Positions 10,523-19,277 of a stretch of DNA of 64,000 nucleotides are shown here, in pieces. The stretch spans positions 32,001 through 96,000 of the IMG/VR virus record IMGVR_UViG_3300001528_000259; one strand, given 5' to 3'. A program made the translations under genes and the position numbers. The notes below the pieces were generated by a model. The model had not been told where the DNA came from and made no database searches. It was given only the letters and a program-made list of their open reading frames with translations. Each line of letters begins with the position of its first letter. Position 1 is the first letter of the stretch. The DNA is from a virus. Taxonomy: Duplodnaviria; Caudoviricetes.

Positions 10523-11128
10523 ATGGCGACGAATTACAGACAGATATTTGCGATAAGAAAAGCTAATGAAGAAAAAATAAAGAAGCTATGCCCAGAGGCA
10601 AGGCAAGATAGTGGAATATATTGTTTCTATCGAATCGATGAAAACAATTTTCGTTTTGCATATATAGGGCAGGCATCGAAAGATAATCTATTGTCGAGGT
10701 GTGCGAGCCATCTTGAGGGGTATAAGCAACACATAGATCTATCGATACGTAAGTATGGGTTGTATGATGAAGAGAAGAATCCTTATGGATATAGGCTCAA
10801 GGTCGTTTGTTATTGTCTCACTGATGAATGTGATGAAATGGAACAGTTTTATATAAAGCAATATGCAGAAGATGGATGGCAATTAAAGAATGTTGAGATT
10901 GGTGGCAAGAGTGACAAGACAGATCTGAATGAACGCAAAGCAGGTAAGGGATATCATGATGGCTTAGAGCAAGGCTACAAAAATGCACAACGAGATGTGA
11001 AAAAGCTTTTTGAGAAGAATCTAACATATGAAATTAACGGTAAACCTACGAAAAATAAAGAAAAAGCGTATCAAAAGTTTACTGATTTTCTTAATGAAAA
11101 TAAAGAAGAGGAGACAGATGAGATATGA
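10523..11128 (+). CDS. GIY-YIG nuclease family protein
   Basis: SGIYCF...AYIGQA...R...E...N pattern. Confidence 0.8.
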   Translation: MATNYRQIFAIRKANEEKIKKLCPEARQDSGIYCFYRIDENNFRFAYIGQASKDNLLSRCASHLEGYKQHIDLSIRKYGLYDEEKNPYGYRLKVVCYCLTDECDEMEQFYIKQYAEDGWQLKNVEIGGKSDKTDLNERKAGKGYHDGLEQGYKNAQRDVKKLFEKNLTYEINGKPTKNKEKAYQKFTDFLNENKEEETDEI

Positions 11129-11403
11129 TCGATATTGAATTACAAAATGGACAGTCAGGATACGATATAGTGGGCGAATATATCCGAAGATATTGGAGTC
11201 ATAACATCATAGATACTGTCATTGTTTCTATTGGCACATCTTATGATGGACATACTTATGACCTACTCAAAGAAATTGCCAGCCCAATGGGTTTCGACGA
11301 TATTGAATTCTTATGGGACTGGTGGGAAGGCGAGAAGTATATAAAGATTTTCGGAATCAAAGCAATTAACGAAATTGAGATTTCGGGCGGTCTATATAAA
11401 TAA
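11125..11403 (+). CDS. Hypothetical protein
   Basis: Coupled ORF; DWWEGE motif. Confidence 0.65.
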   Translation: MIDIELQNGQSGYDIVGEYIRRYWSHNIIDTVIVSIGTSYDGHTYDLLKEIASPMGFDDIEFLWDWWEGEKYIKIFGIKAINEIEISGGLYK

Positions 11404-11425
11404 CTAATAAAATATTATTTTGAAT

Positions 11426-11487
11426 TGTAAATAAATTGTAAACAAGCTCCGAAGTGCCTTGACAAACCAGCGTTTCGGAGCTATTAT
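11426..11487 (+). promoter_or_regulatory. sigmaA promoter with upstream TGTAAA-N5-TGTAAA box
   Basis: Boxes at 11426 and 11437; TTGACA at 11459-11464; 17 bp spacer; TATTAT at 11482-11487. Confidence 0.8.
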
Positions 11488-11520
11488 ATACACGACAAAA
11501 TGATTATATAAGGAGTAAGC

Positions 11521-12297
11521 ATGCTTGAATTGAACAAAATTTATAATTGCGATTGTCTCGATGGATTTAAAATGCTTGATGATAATAGCATTGATTTAAC
11601 CGTTACAAGTCCACCATATGACAATTTGAGAAAATATAAAGGATACAATTGGGACTTTGAAATAACCGCTAAAGAATTATATAGAGTAACTAAACATGGT
11701 GGAGTTGTTGTTTGGATTGTCGGAGATGCGACTATTAATGGTAGCGAAACGGGAACTTCATTTAAGGAAGCATTGTATTTTAAAAAATGTGGTTTCAATT
11801 TGCATGATACAATGATTTATCATAAAATCAATCCTATTCCTCAGAAATCTAATAGATATCAGCCGAGCTTTGAATATATGTTTGTTTTTTCTAAAGGAAA
11901 ACCGATAACGTTTCATCCAATTATGATAGAAAAGAAGTATATGGAAAATAGGAAGAGCAAACAATACAACAAGAAAAAAGATGGAGAACAAATTGTCAGA
12001 GAGTACAAAGCAATATCTACTATGAAAGTTATTGATAATGTGTGGGAATATTCTGTTGGGCTTAATAATAGCACATCTGATAAAATTGCTTTTTCACATC
12101 CAGCAATATTTCCAGAAAAATTAGCAGAAGATCATATAATTTCGTGGAGCAATCCTGGGGATGTTGTGCTTGATCCTTTTATAGGAAGTGGTACAACGGC
12201 AAAAATGGCATTATTGAATAACAGAAATTTTATTGGTTTCGAGGTATCAAAAGAGTATTGCGATATAGCAAACGAAAGAATTAACAATGCAAAATGA
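11521..12297 (+). CDS. DNA methyltransferase, N4-cytosine/N6-adenine (beta class)
   Basis: TSPPY, HPAIFP and VLDPFIGSGTT motifs. Confidence 0.92.
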   Translation: MLELNKIYNCDCLDGFKMLDDNSIDLTVTSPPYDNLRKYKGYNWDFEITAKELYRVTKHGGVVVWIVGDATINGSETGTSFKEALYFKKCGFNLHDTMIYHKINPIPQKSNRYQPSFEYMFVFSKGKPITFHPIMIEKKYMENRKSKQYNKKKDGEQIVREYKAISTMKVIDNVWEYSVGLNNSTSDKIAFSHPAIFPEKLAEDHIISWSNPGDVVLDPFIGSGTTAKMALLNNRNFIGFEVSKEYCDIANERINNAK

Positions 12298-12311
12298 TTG
12301 GAGAGAACGAT

Positions 12312-12536
12312 ATGAAATTATGCAAGAAACAAGGTTGTGGAGTATGTTTGAATTGTAGTCATATGCCATCTGTTGAATATGGAGATATTTGTAGGTATGA
12401 AGCGGAAGATTTGCTTGATTTGCTTATGGATTTGCTAAAAACAAAATTTAGTGATGAGCAAATGGATATCTATAGAGATTATTATGGTGAACTAAAAGAA
12501 GAAGGGGATAAGATGTATGATGATCTCAGATGTTAA
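12312..12536 (+). CDS. Hypothetical protein
   Basis: GGAG RBS after the CAAAATGATT motif. Confidence 0.55.
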   Translation: MKLCKKQGCGVCLNCSHMPSVEYGDICRYEAEDLLDLLMDLLKTKFSDEQMDIYRDYYGELKEEGDKMYDDLRC

Positions 12537-12693
12537 ACTTGGTGAAAAATTGGTGTGCACCGTGTGCGGAAAAGAATTTACAGTAACGGAAGATACTAAA
12601 TACATTGCAAAAGGTGGCTATGTGTGTAATTGGAAGTGCTTCTTAGCGAGAGTTAAAGAGGTTGAGTTGGAGAAGAATAATAAGACAAAGTGA
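12517..12693 (+). CDS. Small zinc-binding protein (58 aa, not in ORF track)
   Basis: MMISDVKLGEKLVCTVCGKEF...VCNWKCF; AGGGG RBS; fills the gap before dnaE. Confidence 0.6.
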   Translation: MMISDVKLGEKLVCTVCGKEFTVTEDTKYIAKGGYVCNWKCFLARVKEVELEKNNKTK

Positions 12694-12707
12694 TTGGAGG
12701 AGATATA

Positions 12708-15700
12708 ATGCAAAATTATCACAGGCATACGTGTTACAGTATTGGAGACAGTGCAGAAATGCCAGAAGCATATGCCAAAAGAGCAGTTGAGTTAGGACAT
12801 AAAGTTATAAGCAGTGTAGAACATGGATGGCAAGGATATTATCATCAAACTTTTGAGTTAGCCAAAAAGTATAACTTAAAGTTTGTATTTGGAACGGAAG
12901 CTTATTGGGTAAAAGATAGATTTGAAAAAGATCGAACTAATAACCATATAATTATTCTTGCGAAGAATGAGAACGGAAGACGTGCCATCAATAGAATTCT
13001 TTCTGATGCAAATGAAACGGGATATTTTTACAAACCAAGAATTGATTTAGATTTAATTTTTTCTCTTCCAGCAAATGATGTTTTTATTACAAGTGCATGT
13101 ATTGGATTTTGGGGATACGAAGACTCTGATGAAATTATTGTTAAACTTCATGATTATTTTAAAGATAATTTTATGTTAGAAATTCAAAGCCATAATACAG
13201 ATAGGCAAAGGCAATTACATCATAGAATTAAACAATTATCGGAAAAATATAATATTCAGTTAATTGTCGGATTGGATAGTCATTATATATATCCAGAACA
13301 ATCAGTTGAAAGAGATGATATTCTTGCTGGTAGAAATATAGCCTTTGATGATAATGAAATAGGGTGGTATATGGACTATCCAGATGATGAAACAGTTCGT
13401 CAACGCTTTAAAGAACAGGGGGTTTTTGACCCCGAGACGGTTCAAAGAGCTATGGATAATACAGATATCTTGCTTACATTTGGGGATTATGATGATGTTC
13501 CAGTTTTTACAAGTGATATTAAATTACCAACGCTATATCCAGATAAAACGCAGGCAGAAAGAAATAAAATTTATAGCACATTAATTAGTAAACTCTTTAA
13601 AGATTATATGAAAAATGTACCCAAAGAACGTTATAAGGAATATTTTGATGGTGTCAAACAAGAGGTATCTGTATATAAAGAAACAGGAATGGTTGATTAT
13701 CCATTGCTTGACTACGAAATTATTAAAAGAGGAGTAGAAAAAGGCGGACTAATTACTACAACAGGAAGAGGATCGGCGGTTGGATATTTTACTAATACAT
13801 TATGTGGATTTAGTAAAGTAGATAGATTTAATTCACCAATTAAGTTATATCCCGAAAGATTCATTTCAAAAACTCGTATTCTTGAGACGAAATCACTACC
13901 AGATCTAGATATGAATCTCGGTACTGTGGAAATTTTTGCAGAAGCACAAGAAGAAGTAATGGGGAAAGATCATGCTTATCCTATGATTGCTTTTGGAACT
14001 CTAAAGAAGAAGTCTGCATTTAAACTGTACGCTCGTGCTAATAATCTTAATTTTGAAATTGCCAATGAAATTTCAAAACAGATAGAAAAATACGATGAAG
14101 CAGTTAAGTATGCCGAAGACGATGAAAAAGATGAAATTAATATTTATGATTATGTAGATAGTCAATATAGAGATTATATTGAGAAAAGCGAAAAATATTG
14201 GGGGGTAATTAGTGATAAAAAGAAAGCCCCATGCGCTTATTTACTTTATCAAGGCAGTATACGAGAAGAAATAGGTTTAATAAAATGCAAAAGCGAGAGT
14301 ACAAAAAAAGAATATATGACAGCAGTGATAGATGGGGCAGTGGCAGAAAAATACAAAATGCTTAAAAATGACCTGTTAAAAGTCGATGTAGTCTTATTGA
14401 TTGATATGATTTATAAAAGAATTGGTATTCCGGTGCATACTGCAAATGAAATTATCTCGCTTGTTGATGGAGATCAAAAAGTTTGGGATATATATGCAAA
14501 TGGATATACTATTGGCGTCAATCAGTGTGAAAAAGAAAGCGCTATGAAAAAATTGCGTAAGTACCAACCAAAGAACATTTCAGAGCTCTGTGCTTGGATT
14601 GCAGCTATTAGACCGGCATTCAAGTCAATGTATTCGAAATTTGAATCAAGAGAATCTTTCGAATATGGTATTCCTGCTTTTGATAAAATTCTTCAAACAC
14701 CACAATTTCCATACTCGTATATACTATATCAAGAGCAGACTATGAATACGCTCAACTATGCAGGATTTCCTCTCGATGAATGTTATGGTATTATAAAAGC
14801 CATCGCAAAAAAGCATCCAGAAAAAGTCAAACCATTAAAGGAAAGATTTATTGAAGGATTTAAAAATAAAATCATGCAAGATGATCACATCGATGCAGAA
14901 AAGGCAGAAGAAATGAGTATAAGAGTTTGGCAAATTATTGACGACTCTTGCGGATACGGTTTCAATTCTGCTCATGCTTATTGTATGGCAATAGATAGTC
15001 TTTATTGTGCATACTTGAAAGCGCATCATACATATGAATTTTATGAAGTATTATTACAAGTTTTTTCAGATAAAGGGAAGAAGGATAAAGTACAAGCTCT
15101 GAAACAAGAAATGAAAGAAGCATTTGGTATTATTGAAGGTCCATATAAATTTGGACATGACAATAGACGTTTTGTAGCAGATGAAGAACATAAAATGATA
15201 CATCCATCATTGTTGTCAATTAAGGGGTTTAGTCAGTCTTGCGCTAATGATTTGTATGAACTGTCACAAACAGAACATTTTGATACATTCTACGATCTAC
15301 TAAAGAGATTACAGTCTATTTCATCTGTCGATAAATCAAGGTTGGATACTCTAATTAGAATTGGATATTTTGATTGTTTTGGACCGACATTGACATTGTT
15401 AAATACTGTTGAGCTGTTTGATAAATATTATGGTAAAAAGCAAATTAAGAAAGATAAAAATGATATACCATTAAATATTCTTTCTAAGTATTCAACTGAA
15501 ACAAAAGCTATGTTTAAAATTACAGATAATGATGCTCTTATGGAAGAATTATGTTCAATGATTCCATCAAAAGAATTACCACTGGAAGCGAGACTAAAAG
15601 CACAGTTTGATGCTTATGGCTATATAAGTTATATCGATCCATCTCGTCCAAACACCGCCGTAGTTATGGATCTCAACACCAAATACTCCACCTTCCGCGC

Positions 15701-15899
15701 TCAGCTCTACCGTATCTACGATGGTCAAACAATCACCGTAAAGCTCAAAAAAACTGCCTACGAACAGATGCCAATAGCTGTTGGAATGGTAATTAATTAT
15801 CGAGTAGAAAAGAAAAACAAGTGGAAAAAAGAAAATGATCAATGGATTCAAATCGATGAATATGAAGATTGGTTAAGTTTGTATAATGTAATAACATAG
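12708..15899 (+). CDS. dnaE: DNA polymerase III alpha subunit
   Basis: PHP domain HRHTCYS; GRGSA; ERF; PDLDMN; YQEQ; YGFNSAHA. Confidence 0.95.
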   Translation: MQNYHRHTCYSIGDSAEMPEAYAKRAVELGHKVISSVEHGWQGYYHQTFELAKKYNLKFVFGTEAYWVKDRFEKDRTNNHIIILAKNENGRRAINRILSDANETGYFYKPRIDLDLIFSLPANDVFITSACIGFWGYEDSDEIIVKLHDYFKDNFMLEIQSHNTDRQRQLHHRIKQLSEKYNIQLIVGLDSHYIYPEQSVERDDILAGRNIAFDDNEIGWYMDYPDDETVRQRFKEQGVFDPETVQRAMDNTDILLTFGDYDDVPVFTSDIKLPTLYPDKTQAERNKIYSTLISKLFKDYMKNVPKERYKEYFDGVKQEVSVYKETGMVDYPLLDYEIIKRGVEKGGLITTTGRGSAVGYFTNTLCGFSKVDRFNSPIKLYPERFISKTRILETKSLPDLDMNLGTVEIFAEAQEEVMGKDHAYPMIAFGTLKKKSAFKLYARANNLNFEIANEISKQIEKYDEAVKYAEDDEKDEINIYDYVDSQYRDYIEKSEKYWGVISDKKKAPCAYLLYQGSIREEIGLIKCKSESTKKEYMTAVIDGAVAEKYKMLKNDLLKVDVVLLIDMIYKRIGIPVHTANEIISLVDGDQKVWDIYANGYTIGVNQCEKESAMKKLRKYQPKNISELCAWIAAIRPAFKSMYSKFESRESFEYGIPAFDKILQTPQFPYSYILYQEQTMNTLNYAGFPLDECYGIIKAIAKKHPEKVKPLKERFIEGFKNKIMQDDHIDAEKAEEMSIRVWQIIDDSCGYGFNSAHAYCMAIDSLYCAYLKAHHTYEFYEVLLQVFSDKGKKDKVQALKQEMKEAFGIIEGPYKFGHDNRRFVADEEHKMIHPSLLSIKGFSQSCANDLYELSQTEHFDTFYDLLKRLQSISSVDKSRLDTLIRIGYFDCFGPTLTLLNTVELFDKYYGKKQIKKDKNDIPLNILSKYSTETKAMFKITDNDALMEELCSMIPSKELPLEARLKAQFDAYGYISYIDPSRPNTAVVMDLNTKYSTFRAQLYRIYDGQTITVKLKKTAYEQMPIAVGMVINYRVEKKNKWKKENDQWIQIDEYEDWLSLYNVIT

Positions 15900-15910
15900 A
15901 GGTAAATAAT

Positions 15911-16720
15911 ATGGTAAAGGTAAGAAAAGATATTACTGGATGGATAATGTCGGAACGCGGAGTTCCAGATTCGCGATTAACAGTGATTCGACAGGTAGAA
16001 GATTATATAACTCCAGCAGGCAATCATTATGCAAGATGGCTATGCGAGTGTTCGTGTTTGGAGCATAACAAAATTATTGCAGACGGCTATTCAATAACAA
16101 GTGGAGCCACTAAATCTTGTGGTTGCCTCAAAAGAGAAGTAACGGCAAACTTTAACAAGAAAATTAAAAAGAAACAAAACGAATATAGCGATTTGATGCA
16201 CGATGAGCACGGAGATTATTATATAGGATATGCGAGCAATACGCACAATCCGTTTTATTTTGATGCCGACGACATAGAAAAGGTAAAGTCTATTTGTTGG
16301 TGGGAAAGAACTGACAGGACAACCCATTATTTAAGCGGCTGGAACCCAGACTCGGAAAAATGTGTATCTATGCATTCGTATTTGGGGTTCAGCAACCACG
16401 ATCACATAGACGGAAACGAGTTAAACAATCGAAAATATAATCTAAGACCAGCAACTAAAGCTGAAAATAACTTTAATAGAAGAAATCTAAAACCAAGAAC
16501 ATTAAGTTATGTTGGCATTTATAGAACAAGCAACGGAAAATATAATGCTACATTGCGCTATCAAGATAAATGTTATTATGGAAAATATAGAGAAACAGAG
16601 GAAGAAGCTTTTATTGATAGGTTGCGACTTGAAGCAAAGTATTTTGGTAAATTTGCTTCACACATAGATTTATTCGAACAATATGGGATAAATATAAACG
16701 ACTATCAATCTATTGATTGA
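15911..16720 (+). CDS. HNH endonuclease with AP2-like domain (free-standing homing endonuclease)
   Basis: RLTVI...WLCECSC...KSCGC N-terminus; DHIDGNELNNRKYNLR..T..EN HNH motif; YVGIY...YYGKY..EEEA AP2-like tail. Confidence 0.88.
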   Translation: MVKVRKDITGWIMSERGVPDSRLTVIRQVEDYITPAGNHYARWLCECSCLEHNKIIADGYSITSGATKSCGCLKREVTANFNKKIKKKQNEYSDLMHDEHGDYYIGYASNTHNPFYFDADDIEKVKSICWWERTDRTTHYLSGWNPDSEKCVSMHSYLGFSNHDHIDGNELNNRKYNLRPATKAENNFNRRNLKPRTLSYVGIYRTSNGKYNATLRYQDKCYYGKYRETEEEAFIDRLRLEAKYFGKFASHIDLFEQYGININDYQSID

Positions 16721-16771
16721 CTTTCGTCACAATTTCTATATACTTTTTACGACCATAATTACACCCTATCG

Positions 16772-16838
16772 GTTACAATTATAGCCCATTATACCCAAAC
16801 TACACCAGTAAGGGTATAATGGTGGCTATAATTGTAAC
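16772..16838. repeat. Long imperfect inverted repeat (25-bp arms)
   Basis: GTTACAATTATAGCC-CATTATACCC / GGGTATAATG-gt-GGCTATAATTGTAAC around a 15-nt loop. Confidence 0.85.
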
Positions 16839-16894
16839 TAAACTGTAAACGATACCAAAAACGTATTGACAACGCATAAAAATAGTACTATAAT
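16833..16894 (+). promoter_or_regulatory. sigmaA promoter with upstream TGTAAC-N5-TGTAAA box
   Basis: Boxes at 16833 and 16844; TTGACA at 16866; 17 bp spacer; TATAAT at 16889. Confidence 0.85.
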
Positions 16895-16922
16895 AACAGA
16901 GCAAAATGATTGGAGGGTTCAT

Positions 16923-17318
16923 ATGAACACACATAACTGTAAATATTACGATTCCGAAAACGGTTGGTGCAAAAAACTTTCTGATTGGCATAATGACATG
17001 CCCGACATTGAATATTGTATTGATGGTCCATGTCCATACGAAGAACCAAAGATAAACAAGTTTGTTGTTAATGCCAAATACAACATTGGAGACAATGTTT
17101 GGCATTATGAATACTTTGACGGCATCTGTTATCCTTCTAAAGATATTGGAAAGATATATAAGATTAACATAGAAATCACAAAAAGAGATTTGCACATTTA
17201 TTATCATGTCGCTACAGAATATAATGGTGTGAAGTCATATGATACTTATCTAGAGTCCAATATCTTTAAATCATATGAGGAATGTGAAAAATGGTGCAAC
17301 GAATGTGTATCAAAATGA
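16923..17318 (+). CDS. Hypothetical protein
   Basis: GGAGG RBS after CAAAATGATT. Confidence 0.65.
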   Translation: MNTHNCKYYDSENGWCKKLSDWHNDMPDIEYCIDGPCPYEEPKINKFVVNAKYNIGDNVWHYEYFDGICYPSKDIGKIYKINIEITKRDLHIYYHVATEYNGVKSYDTYLESNIFKSYEECEKWCNECVSK

Positions 17319-17347
17319 TTCACAATTGTTAACGAAAGGTGTTTATA

Positions 17348-17632
17348 ATGGTACAAGATGAAATTTTAGAGTTCATTCACCGCCGTTGGATGAAAGATGC
17401 CGATTGGACCTGTGGTAATTGCTATTGGTTTGCGAAGATTTTATGTGAAAGATTTGCTAACTTACAGATGTGGTATTGTCCAATCTTGGGGCATTTCATT
17501 GCGGGACGCGATGGTAAATTTTACGATTGGAACGGGATATATATACCCCAGGAACAACCCATATTGTTTGAAGATATTCACAGAAGCGATCCTTTGTGGT
17601 ATGAGCGTCTGATACAAAATTGTGCGATGTAA
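17348..17632 (+). CDS. Hypothetical protein (papain-like C...H...D pattern)
   Basis: GNCYWFA...GHF...FYDWNG. Confidence 0.65.
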   Translation: MVQDEILEFIHRRWMKDADWTCGNCYWFAKILCERFANLQMWYCPILGHFIAGRDGKFYDWNGIYIPQEQPILFEDIHRSDPLWYERLIQNCAM

Positions 17633-17730
17633 TAAAAGATGATGCAATTTGTGTTTGTCTACAATTAGAAAAAGAATATTTCGGAGAATTTGTTTCACAA
17701 AAAACATTCAAATTATAATTATTAATAAAA

Positions 17731-17781
17731 TGTAAATGATTACAAAAGCATATTGACAAATCAAAATGATTGATGTATAAT
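17731..17781 (+). promoter_or_regulatory. sigmaA promoter with CAAAATGATT inside the spacer
   Basis: TGTAAA at 17731; TTGACA at 17753; CAAAATGATT at 17762-17771; TATAAT at 17776. Confidence 0.85.
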
Positions 17782-18003
17782 GTATTCACAATAATGATCG
17801 GTGCAACTTCAACATAGTTGTTAAATGAACAGTAAGGAAAACTTTGCGAATGAACTCATAAAAATGTGATAGTAAGATATGCATAGGAAAGAGTTAACAG
17901 CCGAAAACAAAAAGAATAAAAGAAATTCACAAATCTTTGGGCGATATTCATTGAGCTTGATGAATAATTGTTATGAATATAAACATAGAAAAGAAGAACT
18001 GAA

Positions 18004-18408
18004 ATGACTAAAACAGAAAAGGCAATGTTTACTGTTGCAAAGAGCGTGTCGGAGTTTTCCGACCACCCGCAGCACAAAATTGGTTGTGTGATAACAGATA
18101 AACACAGGATTATTTCAAGTGGATATAATTCGTCTACAAAGACCAATCCAATCCAAAAACGCATTGACGAAAAAAGATTTAAATGCGAATGCAGAGGAGT
18201 AGTTCACTCCGAGACGAATGCATTGATACCGCTTATCAAGCGCGGATATGATTTGTCTAGAGCATCAATTTTCGTTTACCGTGAACATAAGGATGGCACT
18301 CTTGCGATGGCTCGCCCATGCCCAGGGTGTGAAAGTTTGATTAGAGCTTGTGGTATACGCAAGGTTTATTATACAACTGAAGGATCATATCGAACAGAAA
18401 AATGGTAA
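18004..18408 (+). CDS. Zn-dependent cytidine/dCMP deaminase family protein
   Basis: KIGCVI, SSGYN, HSE, PCPGC and GIRKVYY motifs. Confidence 0.88.
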   Translation: MTKTEKAMFTVAKSVSEFSDHPQHKIGCVITDKHRIISSGYNSSTKTNPIQKRIDEKRFKCECRGVVHSETNALIPLIKRGYDLSRASIFVYREHKDGTLAMARPCPGCESLIRACGIRKVYYTTEGSYRTEKW

Positions 18409-18409
18409 T

Positions 18410-18470
18410 TGTAAACAAGTTGTAAACGCTAACAAAAAGTACTTGACAAAGAAAATTTATATGATATAAT
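18410..18470 (+). promoter_or_regulatory. sigmaA promoter of the tRNA cluster with TGTAAA-N5-TGTAAA box
   Basis: Boxes at 18410 and 18421; TTGACA at 18443; TGnTATAAT at 18462-18470. Confidence 0.85.
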
Positions 18471-18559
18471 AATGTTACAATACAGAATGATTGAAGTGTG
18501 ATGACATCTGACTGTGGAAAGACACTGGCGACTCGGAAATAGACGAGCAATAAATATAT

Positions 18560-18648
18560 GCCGCTGTGGTGGAATTGGCAGACACCTGGGACTTAAAATC
18601 CCATGTTCAGAGATGAGCGTACCGGTTCGATCCCGGTCAGCGGCACCA
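18560..18648 (+). tRNA. tRNA-Leu(UAA)
   Basis: GCCGCTG/CAGCGGC acceptor stem; TGGGA-CTTAAAA-TCCCA anticodon arm; long variable arm; TTCGA T-loop; ACCA end. Confidence 0.95.
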
Positions 18649-18702
18649 TCTGTGGAAATCAAGCGTGTCCACCATCGGGCGCCCCGTAAAAGCCGGATAT
18701 AC

Positions 18703-18792
18703 GGAGAGTTAAGCATAGTTGGTACTGCGGCGGATTGCCAATTCGTTCCTCGTTCATTCGAGGCAGAGGTTCGACCCCTTTCACCTATGCCA
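18703..18792 (+). pseudogene. Degenerate class II tRNA (Ser-like scaffold, GCC anticodon)
   Basis: Anticodon arm GCGGA-TTGCCAA-TTCGT, long variable arm, T arm and GCCA end are present, but the acceptor stem barely pairs. Confidence 0.55.
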
Positions 18793-18795
18793 AAT

Positions 18796-19102
18796 GCCCA
18801 GTTGAGATAACATACTACGGCTGTGAGTGACGGTCGGGATCCAAGGTGCAGATAAGTTCTGTGGGCGTAAAAGAAATAAGAGGTTAGATTGCATTACACA
18901 ATCGAAGTTAGCCTTGAAACAGGCAGGACATAGCCTCAAATAAATCCTTGGTGAGCTAAGATGGGAAACACTAATCCCCCTACTATTATAAAAGCTGAAA
19001 AGACCACGATAAACCATACGAAAGGTTTGTCCTCGTAGATGGAATTGTGATTGAATAGCAATCTTGCGTAAAGGCAAAGGGTGAGGCTGATAGTGGAGTC
19101 AC
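18796..19102 (+). ncRNA. Candidate structured ncRNA(s) between tRNAs
   Basis: No credible ORF; several hairpins and T-loop-like loops (GTTGAGATAAC, GCCTTGAAACAGGC). Confidence 0.4.
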
Positions 19103-19117
19103 TTATGTAATATTTAT

Positions 19118-19193
19118 GCGGATGTAGCTCAGTTGGTAGAGCACACGATTTTTAATCGTGGAGTCTGGAGTTCAAACCTCCACATCCGCACCA
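19118..19193 (+). tRNA. tRNA-Lys(UUU)
   Basis: GCGGATG/CATCCGC acceptor stem; CACGA-TTTTTAA-TCGTG anticodon arm; ACCA end. Confidence 0.95.
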
Positions 19194-19200
19194 TCTATAT

Positions 19201-19276
19201 TGCCTGTTAGCCAAGAGGTAAGGCACCAGACTTTGACTCTGGTATTACGGTAGTTCGAATCTACCACAGGCAGCCA
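19201..19276 (+). tRNA. tRNA-Gln(UUG)
   Basis: TGCCTGT/ACAGGCA acceptor stem; CCAGA-CTTTGAC-TCTGG anticodon arm; GCCA end. Confidence 0.95.
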
Positions 19277-19277
19277 T

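Noticed and set aside
9598-12297. Restriction-modification system (two methyltransferases plus GIY-YIG)
   Set aside because: The genes sit in a phage replication region with an unrelated ORF and a promoter between them. Orphan methyltransferases plus a free-standing nuclease is the simpler reading.
17825-18007. Short ORFs or ncRNA downstream of the 17753 promoter
   Set aside because: Only 14-aa and 42-aa frames without clear RBSs and no convincing structure. Probably a decayed gene or leader.
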